The notes beneath the pieces were generated by a model. It was not told the DNA's origin. It made no database searches and saw only the letters and a program-made list of their open reading frames with translations. From the NCBI GenBank assembly GCA_031418595.1, contig JANOXU010000267.1, forward strand, positions 1,848 to 65,847: DNA of 64,000 nucleotides, in the 5' to 3' direction. This document shows, one piece after another, positions 33,270-43,798 of this stretch. Each line of letters begins with the position of its first letter. Position 1 is the stretch's first letter. The stretch comes from Burkholderiales bacterium (GTDB lineage Bacteria > Pseudomonadota > Gammaproteobacteria > Burkholderiales > Burkholderiaceae_C). The position numbers were made by a program, and so were the translations under genes.

Positions 33270-34205
33270 CTAAAGGGTGCCCTGTGCAAGCAGCAGTTTG
33301 ATTTGCCCGGCCCGCGGCAGCGGCGCCACGGCACCATAGCCGGTGGTGGCCAGTGCGGCGGCGGCGCTGGCCCAGCGTGCGGCGGCCAGCGGCTCATCGC
33401 CCTGGGCCAGGCGGTGCAGGTACGAGCCATCAAAACAATCGCCCGCGCCGGTGGCATCCACAGCGTTCACCGCATGCGCGGCCACGGCCATGCAGCCGGC
33501 GCCGGTGGAAACCAGCGAGCCTTCACGGCCCAGCTTCAACACCACCGTGGGTGCGCCTTGCGCATGGCACCAGGCCACGATCTCACGCGGCTCGCTCAAG
33601 CCGCTGAGCAACTGCACATCGTCCAGGCTGGGCAGGAAGTGGTGGCACAGCGGCATGGTTTGCACGATCACTTCGCGCGCCCGTTCCAGCGGCCACAGCT
33701 TCAGGCGCAGGTTGGGGTCGTAGGCCACCTGGGTGCCGGCTTGCCTGGCCAGCAAGATGGCGGCGTGCACTGTGGCCGTGGCACTGGCGCTGATGGCCTG
33801 GCTGATGCCTGATACATGCAAGAACCGGGTGTTGGCCAGCAAGCCCTGCGGCAACCCGGCCGGCTGCATCAGGCTGGCGGCCGAGCCCGCCCGGCGGTAG
33901 CTGAAGCGGTGGCCTTGTTCGCCGTGGTGAACGAAGTAGATGCCGGTGGGGGCCGCAGCGTCCAACACCACGGCCTGGGTGTCAACGCCTTCGCTGCGCC
34001 ACAGTTCAAGCAGCATGGAGCCGAACTCATCGTCACCCACGCGGGTGATGTACGCGCCGCGCGCACCCTGGCGGCAGGCTGCTATGAGCGCATTGCTGGT
34101 GTCGCCGCCAAAGCCTTGCAAGTAGGTGCGGCCGCCCGCCTCACCTGTTTGATTGAATTCGACCATGGCTTCGCCCAGCGTCACGATGTCATAGAGTTTC
34201 GTCAT
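33270..34205 (-). CDS. kdgK: 2-keto-3-deoxygluconate kinase (PfkB family)
   Basis: LGEAMVEF, GGDTSN, SGISQAIS, YDPNLRLKLW, DATGAGDCFDG. Confidence 0.88.
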   Translation of the reverse strand: MTKLYDIVTLGEAMVEFNQTGEAGGRTYLQGFGGDTSNALIAACRQGARGAYITRVGDDEFGSMLLELWRSEGVDTQAVVLDAAAPTGIYFVHHGEQGHRFSYRRAGSAASLMQPAGLPQGLLANTRFLHVSGISQAISASATATVHAAILLARQAGTQVAYDPNLRLKLWPLERAREVIVQTMPLCHHFLPSLDDVQLLSGLSEPREIVAWCHAQGAPTVVLKLGREGSLVSTGAGCMAVAAHAVNAVDATGAGDCFDGSYLHRLAQGDEPLAAARWASAAAALATTGYGAVAPLPRAGQIKLLLAQGTL

Positions 34206-34219
34206 ACGTTAAACCTGGG

Positions 34220-35428
34220 CTACCAGTTCCACATCGAGCCGTCAGCCAGCCGCGCCACGGGCAGGTAGGCGCGCTCATAGGGGTACTTGGCGGCCAGGGT
34301 TTCGTCGATCTCCACGCCCAGGCCGGGCACGTCATCCATCACCAGGCTGCCTTGCTCAAAACGGTAGTGGTGCGCAAAGACCTCGTCAGTGAGCGTCGTG
34401 TGCGGCATCAATTCCTGGATGCCGAAGTTGGGCACCCACAGGCCGAAGTTCACCGCCGCGGCCATGCTCACGGGAGAAAGATCAGTGGCGCCGTGGCAGC
34501 CGGTGCGCACCTGGTACAGCGCGGCGTAGTCGGCTATGCGGCGCAGGTGCGTGATGCCACCGGCGTGCACGATGGTGGCGCGGATGTAGTCAACGAGCTG
34601 CTCGCGGATCAGATCCTTGCAGTCGTAGATCGAGTTGAACACCTCGCCCACCGCCAGCGGCGTGGTGGTGTGCTGGCGAATCAGGCGAAAGGCTTCCTGG
34701 TTTTCGGCCGGCGTGGCGTCCTCCAGCCAGAACAGCTTGTGCGGCTCCAGCTCCTTGCCCAGCCGCGCGGCTTCAATCGGCGTGAGGCGGTGGTGGGCGT
34801 CGTGCAGCAAGTGCACGTCAGGCCCCACCGCATCACGCACCTTGCGAAACAGCTCGGGCGTGTGGCGCAGGTACAGCCCGGTGTCCCAGGGCTCCTCGGG
34901 CGGCAGGCCCTTTTCGGCCGGCTCGTAAAAGCCCGTGCCCTTGCCGACGCCGTAGGTCTTGGCCAACCCCGGCACGCCGGACTGCACGCGCACGGCCTTG
35001 TAGCCCTGCTCGATGTGCTTGTGCACGGCCTCGATGGCTTCGCTGTGGTCGCGCCCGTTGGCGTGGCCATAGACCATCACGCCATGCCGGCTCTTGCCGC
35101 CCAGCAACTGGTAAACGGGCAGGCCGGCGCGTTTGCCCAGCAAGTCCCACAGCGCCATGTCGATGGCGGCAATGGCCGTCATGGTCACCGGCCCGCGGCG
35201 CCAGTAGGCCCCGCGGTACAGGTACTGCCAGATGTCTTCGATCTGCCCGGCATCGCGCCCCAGCAGACAGGGGAAGACATGTTCTTCCAGGTAGGCCACC
35301 ACGGCGAGTTCGCGCCCGTTCAGTGTGGCGTCACCCAGGCCGTGCAGGCCTTGATCGGTGCTGACTTTGACGGTGACGAAATTGCGCCCCGGGCAGGTGA
35401 CGATGGTCTTGAGTGCGGTGATCTTCAA
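34220..35428 (-). CDS. manD: D-mannonate dehydratase, enolase superfamily (ManD/RspA); TTG start
   Basis: [56 protein letters not shown] end. Confidence 0.92.
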   Translation of the reverse strand: MKITALKTIVTCPGRNFVTVKVSTDQGLHGLGDATLNGRELAVVAYLEEHVFPCLLGRDAGQIEDIWQYLYRGAYWRRGPVTMTAIAAIDMALWDLLGKRAGLPVYQLLGGKSRHGVMVYGHANGRDHSEAIEAVHKHIEQGYKAVRVQSGVPGLAKTYGVGKGTGFYEPAEKGLPPEEPWDTGLYLRHTPELFRKVRDAVGPDVHLLHDAHHRLTPIEAARLGKELEPHKLFWLEDATPAENQEAFRLIRQHTTTPLAVGEVFNSIYDCKDLIREQLVDYIRATIVHAGGITHLRRIADYAALYQVRTGCHGATDLSPVSMAAAVNFGLWVPNFGIQELMPHTTLTDEVFAHHYRFEQGSLVMDDVPGLGVEIDETLAAKYPYERAYLPVARLADGSMWNW

Positions 35429-35449
35429 GGGTGTGGTCCGTGCGGCATG

Positions 35450-35465
35450 GCAGCATGCATGCTGC
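35450..35465. promoter_or_regulatory. Perfect 16-bp palindrome GCAGCATGCATGCTGC in the 56-bp manD / reductase divergent spacer; candidate repressor operator
   Basis: Sequence equals its own reverse complement; lies centrally between two divergent starts. Confidence 0.6.
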
Positions 35466-35484
35466 GAAACATTGTGCAGCTTGC

Positions 35485-36945
35485 ATGACCTTGCTCAGCT
35501 CCTCGACCCTGGCGCAGCGCGCATCCACCGCTGGCGCGCCGGCCTACGAACGCAGCGTGCTGCAAACCGGCATCGTGCACCTGGGCCTGGGCGCTTTTGC
35601 CCGCGCGCACCTGGCGCTGTACACCGAGGCCACTGTGGCAGCAGGCGATGCGCGCTGGGGCCTCTGTGGCGTGAGCCTGCGTGATGCGCGGGTGCCGGCT
35701 GTGCTTGCCGCTCAGGACCAGCTTTACTCGGTGACCGAGCAGCAGGGTGAAGACACGCAGACCCGCGTGGTGGGTGTGCTGCGCCAGGCCCTGCATGCGC
35801 CTTCGCAGATGGCGCAAGTGCTGGGGGCCATCGCCAACCCGCAGACCATGCTGGTCACGCTCACCGTCACCGAAAAGGGCTACAGCCGGGTCGCCGCAAC
35901 GGGTGACCTCGATCTGAACGACCCCGCCGTGCAGCACGATCTGGCCCACCCGCCCATGCCACGCAGCACCCTGGGCGTGCTGGCCGCCGGCCTGGCCATG
36001 CGGCCGGCCCGTGCGCCCATCACGCTGCTGTGCTGCGACAACATGGCCGGCAACGGCGCCGCGCTCAAGCGGGTGTTGCTTCAGTTCGCCGGGCAAACGA
36101 ACCCGCAGCTTGCGCGCCGCATCGAAGCTGACATCGCCATGCCCAACAGCATGGTCGACCGCATCGTTCCTGCCGCCACACCTGAATCGTTGGCCTTTGC
36201 GCAGCAGCGCCTGGCCCTGCGCGACGAAGCCGCCGTCGTCTGCGAGCCGTTCACGCAGTGGGTCATTGAAGACCGTTTCAGCGGCCCGCGCCCTGCCTGG
36301 GAAGCGGCCGGTGCGCTGCTCACTTCGGACGTTAAGCCGTACCAGGAAATGAAGCTGCGCCTGCTCAACGGCACGCATTCGGCCATCGCCTACGCCGGCC
36401 AGTTGCGCGGCCTGGCCACCGTGGCACAGGCCATGGCCGACCCGCTGGTGGGCGGCTTTGTGCGCCGCCTGATGCTGCAAGACCTGCGCGCCTGCGTGCA
36501 CGCGCCGATTGGCTTTGAGGTTGCCGGCTATTGCGCCGCGCTGCTGCAACGATTCGAGAACCCCACCTTGGCCCACCGCACGCAGCAAATTGCCATGGAC
36601 GGCACCCAAAAGGTGCCGGTGCGCTGGCTGCCCGCCTTGCGCGAAAGTCTGGCCCAAGGTGTGCAGAGGCCCTTGCTCGAGCGCGCGCTGGCACTGTGGC
36701 TGCACTATGCGCAAACGGCAAGCAGTGATGATGGCGCCGCGCTGGTGATCAACGACCCGGGCGTCGCCGCGTTGAAGACACGACTGGATTGTGCTGGTGA
36801 TGCATTGGCCAGCGCGCAGGCAGCGCTGTCGCATGCCGCCGTGTTTGCGCAAGAGCCGTGGCCGCGAGCATTTGTGCAGCGGCTGGCCGGCTACCTGCAA
36901 ACCCTGCGTTCAGGTGGGGCAGGGGCATTGTTGGCTTTGGCCTGA
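35485..36945 (+). CDS. Mannitol dehydrogenase family (D-mannonate/fructuronate oxidoreductase-like)
   Basis: Start MTLLSS at 35485; [64 protein letters not shown]. Confidence 0.92.
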   Translation: MTLLSSSTLAQRASTAGAPAYERSVLQTGIVHLGLGAFARAHLALYTEATVAAGDARWGLCGVSLRDARVPAVLAAQDQLYSVTEQQGEDTQTRVVGVLRQALHAPSQMAQVLGAIANPQTMLVTLTVTEKGYSRVAATGDLDLNDPAVQHDLAHPPMPRSTLGVLAAGLAMRPARAPITLLCCDNMAGNGAALKRVLLQFAGQTNPQLARRIEADIAMPNSMVDRIVPAATPESLAFAQQRLALRDEAAVVCEPFTQWVIEDRFSGPRPAWEAAGALLTSDVKPYQEMKLRLLNGTHSAIAYAGQLRGLATVAQAMADPLVGGFVRRLMLQDLRACVHAPIGFEVAGYCAALLQRFENPTLAHRTQQIAMDGTQKVPVRWLPALRESLAQGVQRPLLERALALWLHYAQTASSDDGAALVINDPGVAALKTRLDCAGDALASAQAALSHAAVFAQEPWPRAFVQRLAGYLQTLRSGGAGALLALA

Positions 36946-37294
36946 CCCTGCGGCATTGGCACGTCTCAAACGTTGCTCAAGCGTTACCCGCGGCGGCGAT
37001 GGGTGGCGTCTGTGCGGCTTCGCCATGGAACCACGACGAAGAGGCCTCCACAGGTGGGCGCCTCGCATGCCTGGCCGAATAGGCGACAAAGTGCGCCTTG
37101 ATCCACATGGTCTTGTCCAGGCCAAACACGGGTTTGAGCTTTTTGTCGGCCCAGGCGCCGACTGCGGTGGTGTCGACGCCAAGCTGGGAACCTTTGCGCC
37201 GCTTGCTTGGCGTGCCTGCTCGCGTCGCAATAGACAACTGAATGGGAGTCGGCCCTCGAGCTGACTCCTTGGCCATGGCATGGTTCAAACGTTA

Positions 37295-37705
37295 TCAACC
37301 GCCCGCGTGCGGCGGATAGCGCTCAAAGACCGGCAGCTCATGCGCGTGCGCCATCCAGCGCAGCCGCTCGGCAACCTGAATGTGCGCACGGGGGGGCACC
37401 AGGTCTGGGTCGTCGTAGGTGGCGCTTTGGATATCGACAATGCCGGGCAGCACCACCTCGTTGGTGTAGAACAGCCCGGTGCCACAGTCAGGGCAAAACT
37501 GTCGGCGGCCGTGCTCAGACGAGTGGTAGGTTTTGGTCTGACCCTGGGTCAGCTTCACGCTGCCTTGCTTGTACATCGTCCACCCGACCATTGGTGCGCC
37601 GGCGTGGCGCCGGCAGTCGGTGCAGTGGCACAGCGCGTGCGTGAGTGCCTCGCCTGTGGCCTCGTACCTGATTGCGCCGCAATGGCAGCCGCCGGTGATG
37701 GTCAT
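37295..37705 (-). CDS. GFA (CENP-V) family protein
   Basis: MTITGGCHCGAIRY, CHCTDCRR, RQFCPDCGT zinc motifs. Confidence 0.92.
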   Translation of the reverse strand: MTITGGCHCGAIRYEATGEALTHALCHCTDCRRHAGAPMVGWTMYKQGSVKLTQGQTKTYHSSEHGRRQFCPDCGTGLFYTNEVVLPGIVDIQSATYDDPDLVPPRAHIQVAERLRWMAHAHELPVFERYPPHAGG

Positions 37706-37834
37706 GGGGGATCCTCTGTTGTGAAGAATGTGGAGCATCCAAGGTCACACTGCAGCGTGTTCTTGCACTTCGCTTTGATCGAAGCTCGCCGAGCGGCGCA
37801 GCGCCCAACGCCCACCAACGCCCACTATAGCCAG

Positions 37835-37867
37835 TGAAGACTGGCGCACTGGGCAGCGCAGTCTTCA
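37835..37867 (-). terminator. Stem-loop just downstream of the acyl-CoA dehydrogenase stop
   Basis: TGAAGACTG(37835-37843)/CAGTCTTCA(37859-37867) inverted repeat extended by CGC/GCG; no clear U-tract. Confidence 0.45.
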
Positions 37868-37876
37868 GGCGTGAAC

Positions 37877-39034
37877 TCAGCGATGCAGATCGAACACCGC
37901 CGCGCCGCGCTTGAGCACGCTGCGCGCAATCACCGTGCGGTGAATCTCAGAGGTGCCGTCGAAGATGCGGTAGATGCGCGCATCGCGGTAGTAGCGCTCC
38001 AGCGGCAGTTGCTTGCAAAAGCCCATGCCGCCGAAGACCTGCACGCCGCGGTCGACCACGCGGCCCAGGGTTTCGGCGGCGTACACCTTCACCATCGCAA
38101 TCAGGTCGCGGGCGTCTTCGCCGCGGTCGATCATGCTGGCGGCCTGCATCACCATCAAGCGCGCGGCATTGATCTCGATGGCGCTGTCAGCCAGCATGGC
38201 CTGGATCATCTGAAACTCGCCGATGGCCTTGCCGAACTGTTTTCGTTCGTTGGCATGGCCGGCCATCAGTTCCAGCACATGGCTGGCCTTGCCCACGGCG
38301 CGCGCACCCACCTGGGCCAGGCGCACCACGTTCAGCGCGCCCATGGCCAGCTTGAAGCCCTGGCCTTCGGCACCCAGCAGAGTGAGTGGCTCAAGTGGAA
38401 CGTTGTCGAAGAACAGTTCCAGGTGCGGCGTGCCACGCAGGCCCATCATCTTCTGGTCCTGGCCCAGGCTGAAGCCGGGCAGGCCCTTGTCGACCATGAA
38501 CATGGAGACTTCTTTGTCGCCCGTCTTGGCCGAGACCAGGAAAAAGTCGCTCCACAAGCCATCGCTGATGAAATGCTTGCTGCCATTGAGCACCCAGCCG
38601 GAGGTGGTCCTCTTCGCGTGGGTCTTGATGCCTTGCGCGTCGCTGCCGGCACCGGGTTCTGTGATGGCGATGGCGCAGGTGCGCTCACCGCTAACGGTTG
38701 GCTTGAGCCAGCGCTCGATTTGCTCGCCGCGGCATTCCAGCAGCGGCTCGTACAGGTTGCCGAAGGCGCGGCGGATCAGGATGTCGCTGGTGTGGCCAAA
38801 CTGCTCTTCGCACAGGATGCGGTCAAAGGTGTTCAGGCCGCCGCCGCCCAGTTCGGCCGGCATGTTCAGCGCATACAGGCCCAGGGCCTTGGCTCTTTCA
38901 TGCAGGTTGCGCGCCAGGGCCTCGGGCAGTTCGCCGGTGGCCTCGACGCCGTCTTCCAGCGGCTTGCATGCCTCGCCGATGAAGCGGCGCACGGTGCTCA
39001 GCAGCATGCGCTGCTCATCAGTCAGGTGAAGCAT
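37877..39034 (-). CDS. Acyl-CoA dehydrogenase
   Basis: Start MLHLTDEQRML; AITEPGAGSD, NGSKHFIS, RKQFGKAIGEFQ, VQVFGGMG, RIFDGTSEI; TGATG-coupled to the upstream gene. Confidence 0.93.
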   Translation of the reverse strand: MLHLTDEQRMLLSTVRRFIGEACKPLEDGVEATGELPEALARNLHERAKALGLYALNMPAELGGGGLNTFDRILCEEQFGHTSDILIRRAFGNLYEPLLECRGEQIERWLKPTVSGERTCAIAITEPGAGSDAQGIKTHAKRTTSGWVLNGSKHFISDGLWSDFFLVSAKTGDKEVSMFMVDKGLPGFSLGQDQKMMGLRGTPHLELFFDNVPLEPLTLLGAEGQGFKLAMGALNVVRLAQVGARAVGKASHVLELMAGHANERKQFGKAIGEFQMIQAMLADSAIEINAARLMVMQAASMIDRGEDARDLIAMVKVYAAETLGRVVDRGVQVFGGMGFCKQLPLERYYRDARIYRIFDGTSEIHRTVIARSVLKRGAAVFDLHR

Positions 39035-39840
39035 CAGCTTTGCGGCTCCAGAAGAAAGTCGACCAGCAGCGCGCGCACCTGGGCGAACATGTCGCTGCCC
39101 GTGCTGGTGCGCAAGCCGCGCGCGCGGGCCGCGGCAATGAAGGGCGGCACGGCCGGCAGGGTGACCACATCGGCGGCAAAGGCCTGCTCGCCCAACCGAT
39201 CCACCTGCACCGGCAGCGGGTCTTGCGCGCGCATGCCCAGGGGCGTCGCGTTGCAAACCAGATCGAAACCCGCAGGGTCGCTGCTGCCGGTGGTGACGGG
39301 CACCTGGCCATAGCGGCGCAGCTTGGCGGCCAGTGCCTCGCGCCGGCTGTCATCGGCATCATGCAAGGCCAGTTCGGCCACGCCGCCGGCCACCAGCGCG
39401 TGCGCAATGGCCGAGCCAGCGCCGCCTGCCCCTACCAGCAAGGCGCGCTGCCCTGCAAGCTGCGCACCGCCCGCACGCATGGCGGCCACGAAGGCTTCGC
39501 CGTCGCACATGTCGGCATGCCAGCCCTGGGCACCGCGGCGCAGCACATTGGCCGCGCCAATGGAGCGCGCCCGCGGCGTGGCGGTGGCGCTGGCGGCCAG
39601 GGCGCCAAACTTGTGCGGCACGGTGATGAGCACGCCGCTAACGTTTGGCATGCGCCAGGCCAGGCTCAGGAATTCAGCCAGATCGGCCGGCTTCACATGG
39701 GCCGGTACGCAAACAGCGTCCTGCCCGCGCTCTTGCAGCAGGGCGGTCACGCCGGCGGGCGATTTCACCTGGGCGATGGGGTCGCCCGCGATGTAGACGA
39801 TACGGGTGGCGCCGCTGTAACCGTTCAGTGCAACGGACAT
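39034..39840 (-). CDS. Shikimate/quinate 5-dehydrogenase-like protein
   Basis: GDPIAQVKSP, ITVPHK, GAANVL, DMCDGEAF, VGAGGAGSA, NATPLG. Confidence 0.88.
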   Translation of the reverse strand: MSVALNGYSGATRIVYIAGDPIAQVKSPAGVTALLQERGQDAVCVPAHVKPADLAEFLSLAWRMPNVSGVLITVPHKFGALAASATATPRARSIGAANVLRRGAQGWHADMCDGEAFVAAMRAGGAQLAGQRALLVGAGGAGSAIAHALVAGGVAELALHDADDSRREALAAKLRRYGQVPVTTGSSDPAGFDLVCNATPLGMRAQDPLPVQVDRLGEQAFAADVVTLPAVPPFIAAARARGLRTSTGSDMFAQVRALLVDFLLEPQS

Positions 39841-39864
39841 GTCAGCGCCAGCCTGCGTGAAGGT

Positions 39865-41007
39865 CTACTGCTTGCCCAGCGGCGGCAGCGCATTGGTGAC
39901 GATCTGGCGGCCGTCTTTCACTTCCACCATGTAGCTTTCGCGGTCGAGGTCACCATTGGCATCGAAGCTCACGTCCATGATGATGCCCGGGTACTTGGCC
40001 TTCTTGATCTCCAGCCCATGCATGGCTTTGGCCACGGCCTTGCGGTCGAGCTTGCCGGCCTTTTCGATCGCGGCCTTCATGGAGTACACGCCCATGTAGC
40101 CCTTGATGCCGTTGTGGTCGGGGATGTACTTGTAGGCCTGGTAGAACTTGCCCTTGAAGGCCAGCATTTCGGGGCTGGGCGCATCCACCGTGAGGCCCAC
40201 ATGGCCCAGCGTGCCGTTGGCGGCCTCGCCGGCCAGTTCGATCACCTTTTGGCTGATCAGCACGGTTTCACCGTAGATCGGTTTGGTCCAGCCCTGCTTG
40301 CGCAATTCGCGCAGGGCGCGCGCCGATTCTTCTTCGGTGAGGTAGACGAACAGGGCGTCGGCGTTGGTCTGCTTGGCGCGCAGCACGGCGGAGGAGAAGT
40401 CAATCTGGCCGGGGTCCGTGGCGATCTCGCCCACCACTTTGGTGGGGCTGCCGTTCAGCAGCTTCACCATCACGTCGCGCCCGCCCTTGCCGAAGTCGTT
40501 GTTCTGGTAGATCACAGCCAGGGTCTTGACCTTGGCGGTGATGAACTTGGCCAGCTTGGGCATGGAATGCGCCTGGCCGAAAGCGGTGCGGAAGATGTAG
40601 GGGTTGCCCTGCTGGGTGATGGCAGCGGCTTCGCCACCGGTCCAGTTCGGAATTTCACCGCGCCGGGTTTCGGCCATGCTGACCATGATCGAGCCTGAGT
40701 ACACCGGGCCGAACACCGCGAACACGCCATCGTCAACCGCTTTGGCGGCCAGGCCCTTGGCCACGCCGGGCTGGGTTTGGGTGTCGGCCGCGGTGCTGAC
40801 GATCTTCTTGCCCAGGATGCCGCCGGCGGCGTTGATTTCTTTAACCGCCAGCTCCACGCCATCGCGGAAGTAAGTGCCGGGGCTGGCGCCGCCGCCCGAG
40901 AGTTCATAGATGCCGGCTATCTTGATCACGTCTTGCGCCTGGCCCAGCGCAACGGTGCCAAACAGGGCCAGGGCAAGCGCCACGTGGCGCAGGGTGCGGG
41001 TCTTCAT
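39865..41007 (-). CDS. LivK-like ABC substrate-binding protein
   Basis: Start MKTRTLRH; signal peptide; IKIAGIYELSG, GVELAVKEINAAGGILG, YIFRTA. Confidence 0.9.
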   Translation of the reverse strand: MKTRTLRHVALALALFGTVALGQAQDVIKIAGIYELSGGGASPGTYFRDGVELAVKEINAAGGILGKKIVSTAADTQTQPGVAKGLAAKAVDDGVFAVFGPVYSGSIMVSMAETRRGEIPNWTGGEAAAITQQGNPYIFRTAFGQAHSMPKLAKFITAKVKTLAVIYQNNDFGKGGRDVMVKLLNGSPTKVVGEIATDPGQIDFSSAVLRAKQTNADALFVYLTEEESARALRELRKQGWTKPIYGETVLISQKVIELAGEAANGTLGHVGLTVDAPSPEMLAFKGKFYQAYKYIPDHNGIKGYMGVYSMKAAIEKAGKLDRKAVAKAMHGLEIKKAKYPGIIMDVSFDANGDLDRESYMVEVKDGRQIVTNALPPLGKQ

Positions 41008-41118
41008 GGGTGTCTCCAAAAATACATGTTGAACGGATGACGACAAAGAGGGCGCTGCGATGGCCGTCGCAGGCAGCCGCAGGGCGAGGCGGCGGCATCA
41101 TAGTAGATCCGGGCTTGC

Positions 41119-41133
41119 ATTCCAATACGGAAT
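41119..41133. promoter_or_regulatory. ATTCC-N5-GGAAT inverted repeat in the divergent livK/livH spacer; candidate IclR-family operator
   Basis: ATTCCAATACGGAAT in an AT-richer patch; an IclR gene lies in the right-hand operon. Confidence 0.4.
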
Positions 41134-41182
41134 TGTGTTCCACTTTCCGCTTGCCTCACCCGGCCTGGCTCCACCAACACCC

Positions 41183-42058
41183 GTGACCGACTTCTTCCAA
41201 CTCCTGCTCTCAGGTATGGCCGTGGGCGGCATCTATGCGCTGGCCGCGCTGGGCTTCACCTTGTTGTGGCAGGCCAGCGGCACCATCAACTTCGCGCAGG
41301 GCGAATTCGTCATGCTGCCGGCATTCATGATGCTGGCCTTCGGCGCCCTGGGCTCGCCGTTGTGGCTGGCCTTCTTGTTGACCTGCGTGGTGGCGGTGGT
41401 GGTGCTGGGCTGGGCCTTCAAGCGCGGCGTGGCCGACCCGCTGCTGCGCTTTGGCATGATGCCGGTGGTGGTGGCCACCATCGGTGTGTCGATCGCGGCG
41501 CGTAACGGCGTGCGCGCCGGCTACAGCGCTGAAGCGCACCCGTTCCCCAGCCTGTTTGCCGACAAGCTGTTCACGCTGGCCGGCGTCAACGTCACCCTGG
41601 CTGATGTCGGCACCCTGGTGCTGGCCCTGGGCCTGGTGCTGGCCACGCAGGCGTTTCTTTCGCGCACCGTCACCGGCCGGGCCATGCAGGCGGTGGCGCA
41701 GAACACCGAAAGCGCGGCGGTGCTGGGCATCAACGTGCCGCGCATGATCTTCTATACCTTTGCCATCAACGCAGTGCTGGCCTGTGCCGCCGCGTTGCTG
41801 GTCACGCCCACCTACCTGGCCAAGTTCGACATGGGCGAAAGCCTGGGCACCAAGGCCTTCTTCGCCGCCATCATTGGCGGCTTCAACAACAGCCGCGGCG
41901 CGCTGCTGGGCGGTGTGATCGTCGGCGTGGCTGAGAACCTGGCCGCGGCCTACATCTCACCGGCCTACAAAGACGCCGTGGCCTTGGTGCTGTTCATGGT
42001 GGTGATCTTGTTCAAGCCGCAGGGGCTGCTGGGCATGAAGGTCGAACGAAAAGTTTGA
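41183..42058 (+). CDS. LivH-like ABC permease (GTG start)
   Basis: QLLLSGMAVGGIYALAALGFTL..INFAQGE; GRAMQAVAQN. Confidence 0.9.
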   Translation: MTDFFQLLLSGMAVGGIYALAALGFTLLWQASGTINFAQGEFVMLPAFMMLAFGALGSPLWLAFLLTCVVAVVVLGWAFKRGVADPLLRFGMMPVVVATIGVSIAARNGVRAGYSAEAHPFPSLFADKLFTLAGVNVTLADVGTLVLALGLVLATQAFLSRTVTGRAMQAVAQNTESAAVLGINVPRMIFYTFAINAVLACAAALLVTPTYLAKFDMGESLGTKAFFAAIIGGFNNSRGALLGGVIVGVAENLAAAYISPAYKDAVALVLFMVVILFKPQGLLGMKVERKV

Positions 42059-42062
42059 AGCC

Positions 42063-43055
42063 ATGAAGAAGACCCACCTCGCTGGCGCCGCCGTGCTGCT
42101 CGTTCTGCTGCTGGCCGCCCCCCCGCTGCTGAAGAACTACGGCCTGTACCTGTTGAGCTACTGGCTGGTGTTCGTCATCGCCGTCATGGGCCTGAACCTG
42201 ACCATCGGCTATGCCGGGCAGAAGTCGCTCGGCCATGCCGCGTTCTTCGGCATCGGCGCGTACACCGTGGCCATCATGATAAAGGCCGGCATCAGCTTCT
42301 GGTTCGGCCTGCCGGTGGCCATGCTGGGTTGCTTCGTCATCGGCCTGGGGCTGGGCTTTCCGGCGCTGCGGGTGCAGACCATCTACCTGGCCTTTGCCAC
42401 GCTGGGCTTCAACACCGCGGTGTGGCTGGTGATGCGCAATGAAGAGTGGCTCACCGGTGGCACCTTCGGCATCAACAACATCCAGCGGCCCGGCCTGCTG
42501 GGGCTCGAATTGACCAGCAACCTGGCGTACTACTACTTCGTGCTCGGCGTGGCGCTGGTCATGGGCGCGGTGTTGTGGAAGCTGCTGCATTCGCCCTGGG
42601 GCAAGGCCTTCATGGCGCTGCGCGACAACCCGATCCGTGCTGAAAGCCTGGGCATCCATATCCAGGCCTACACGCTGCTGAGCTTTGCCATCGGCGCCGT
42701 GTATGCCGGCGTGGCCGGTGCGCTGTTTGCGCCGCTGGTTGAATTCATCGAGCCCGCGCCGTTCACCGTGGGCGCGTCGATCATGATGTATTTGATGGTC
42801 GTGGTGGGCGGCCCCGGCTACTTCTTCGGCCCGCTGCTGGGCAGCGCCGTGGGTGTGCTGCTGCCCGAATGGCTGCGCTTTGCTCAGGGCTGGTACTTGT
42901 TCGTCTTCGGCACCGCGGTGGTGTTGTTGATGTTATGGCTGCCTGATGGGCTGCTGAGCATTCCTGATCGGCTCAAGGCACGGCGCCAGGCCAGGCAAGC
43001 CAACGCGGCGCGCCAGGCGGCAGCGGCCGCATTGGGCAAGGGCGCCGCATCATGA
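42063..43055 (+). CDS. LivM-like ABC permease
   Basis: GLNLTIGYAGQKSLGHAAFFGIGAY; YLAFATLGF; WLPDGL. Confidence 0.92.
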   Translation: MKKTHLAGAAVLLVLLLAAPPLLKNYGLYLLSYWLVFVIAVMGLNLTIGYAGQKSLGHAAFFGIGAYTVAIMIKAGISFWFGLPVAMLGCFVIGLGLGFPALRVQTIYLAFATLGFNTAVWLVMRNEEWLTGGTFGINNIQRPGLLGLELTSNLAYYYFVLGVALVMGAVLWKLLHSPWGKAFMALRDNPIRAESLGIHIQAYTLLSFAIGAVYAGVAGALFAPLVEFIEPAPFTVGASIMMYLMVVVGGPGYFFGPLLGSAVGVLLPEWLRFAQGWYLFVFGTAVVLLMLWLPDGLLSIPDRLKARRQARQANAARQAAAAALGKGAAS

Positions 43056-43798
43056 CGCAGCCGGTGTTGAAGGTCACCGGCCTGAAGAAGGCCTATGGCG
43101 CGATCCAGGCCGTGGCCGGTGTGTCGTTCGAGGTCATGCCGGGTGAAATTTTCGGCGTCATCGGGCCTAACGGTTCAGGTAAGACGACCATGTTCAACAG
43201 CGTGCTCGGCCAGATCACGCCCGACGCCGGCAAGATCGAACTCAACGGCGAAGACATCACCCAGCTCAACCCGGTTCAGCTCCACCAGCGCGGCGTGGGC
43301 CGCACGTTTCAAACGCTGCAGGTCTTCGGCAAGATGAGCGTGCGCGACAACCTGCTGGTGGCCGCGCAAGAACACCAGGGCAGCATGTTCAGCCGCATGT
43401 TCGCGCCCAGCGATTCGGGCCTGGGTGCGCGCGCCGATGCGCTGATCGACCAGTTCCGCATCCGCCATGTGGCCGACAAAAAGGCCGGCGAGCTGAGCTA
43501 CGGCCAGCAAAAGCTGGTCGACATCGCCATGGCCTTCATGAGCGAGCCCAGCCTGGTGCTGCTCGACGAGCCCTGCGCCGGCGTCAACCCCAGCTTGGTG
43601 GGCGGCATCCGCACGCTGCTGAAGGAGTTGAACGGCACACGCAAGGGCAGCTTCATCGTCATCGAACACAACATGGATTTCGTGATGGGCCTGTGCCACC
43701 GCATCATGGTGATGGTGGAAGGGCAGGTCATGGCCATCGGCACGCCGGCCGAGATTCGCGGCAACCGGCAGGTGCTTGATGCCTACCTGGGGAATTGA
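43052..43798 (+). CDS. LivG-like ABC ATPase
   Basis: IGPNGSGKTT, LSYGQQK, LLDEP, IEHNM. Confidence 0.93.
   Translation: MTQPVLKVTGLKKAYGAIQAVAGVSFEVMPGEIFGVIGPNGSGKTTMFNSVLGQITPDAGKIELNGEDITQLNPVQLHQRGVGRTFQTLQVFGKMSVRDNLLVAAQEHQGSMFSRMFAPSDSGLGARADALIDQFRIRHVADKKAGELSYGQQKLVDIAMAFMSEPSLVLLDEPCAGVNPSLVGGIRTLLKELNGTRKGSFIVIEHNMDFVMGLCHRIMVMVEGQVMAIGTPAEIRGNRQVLDAYLGN

Noticed and set aside
36977-37288. 103-aa minus-strand ORF downstream of the GFA gene
   Set aside because: No recognisable motif or RBS; could be a remnant but cannot be supported.
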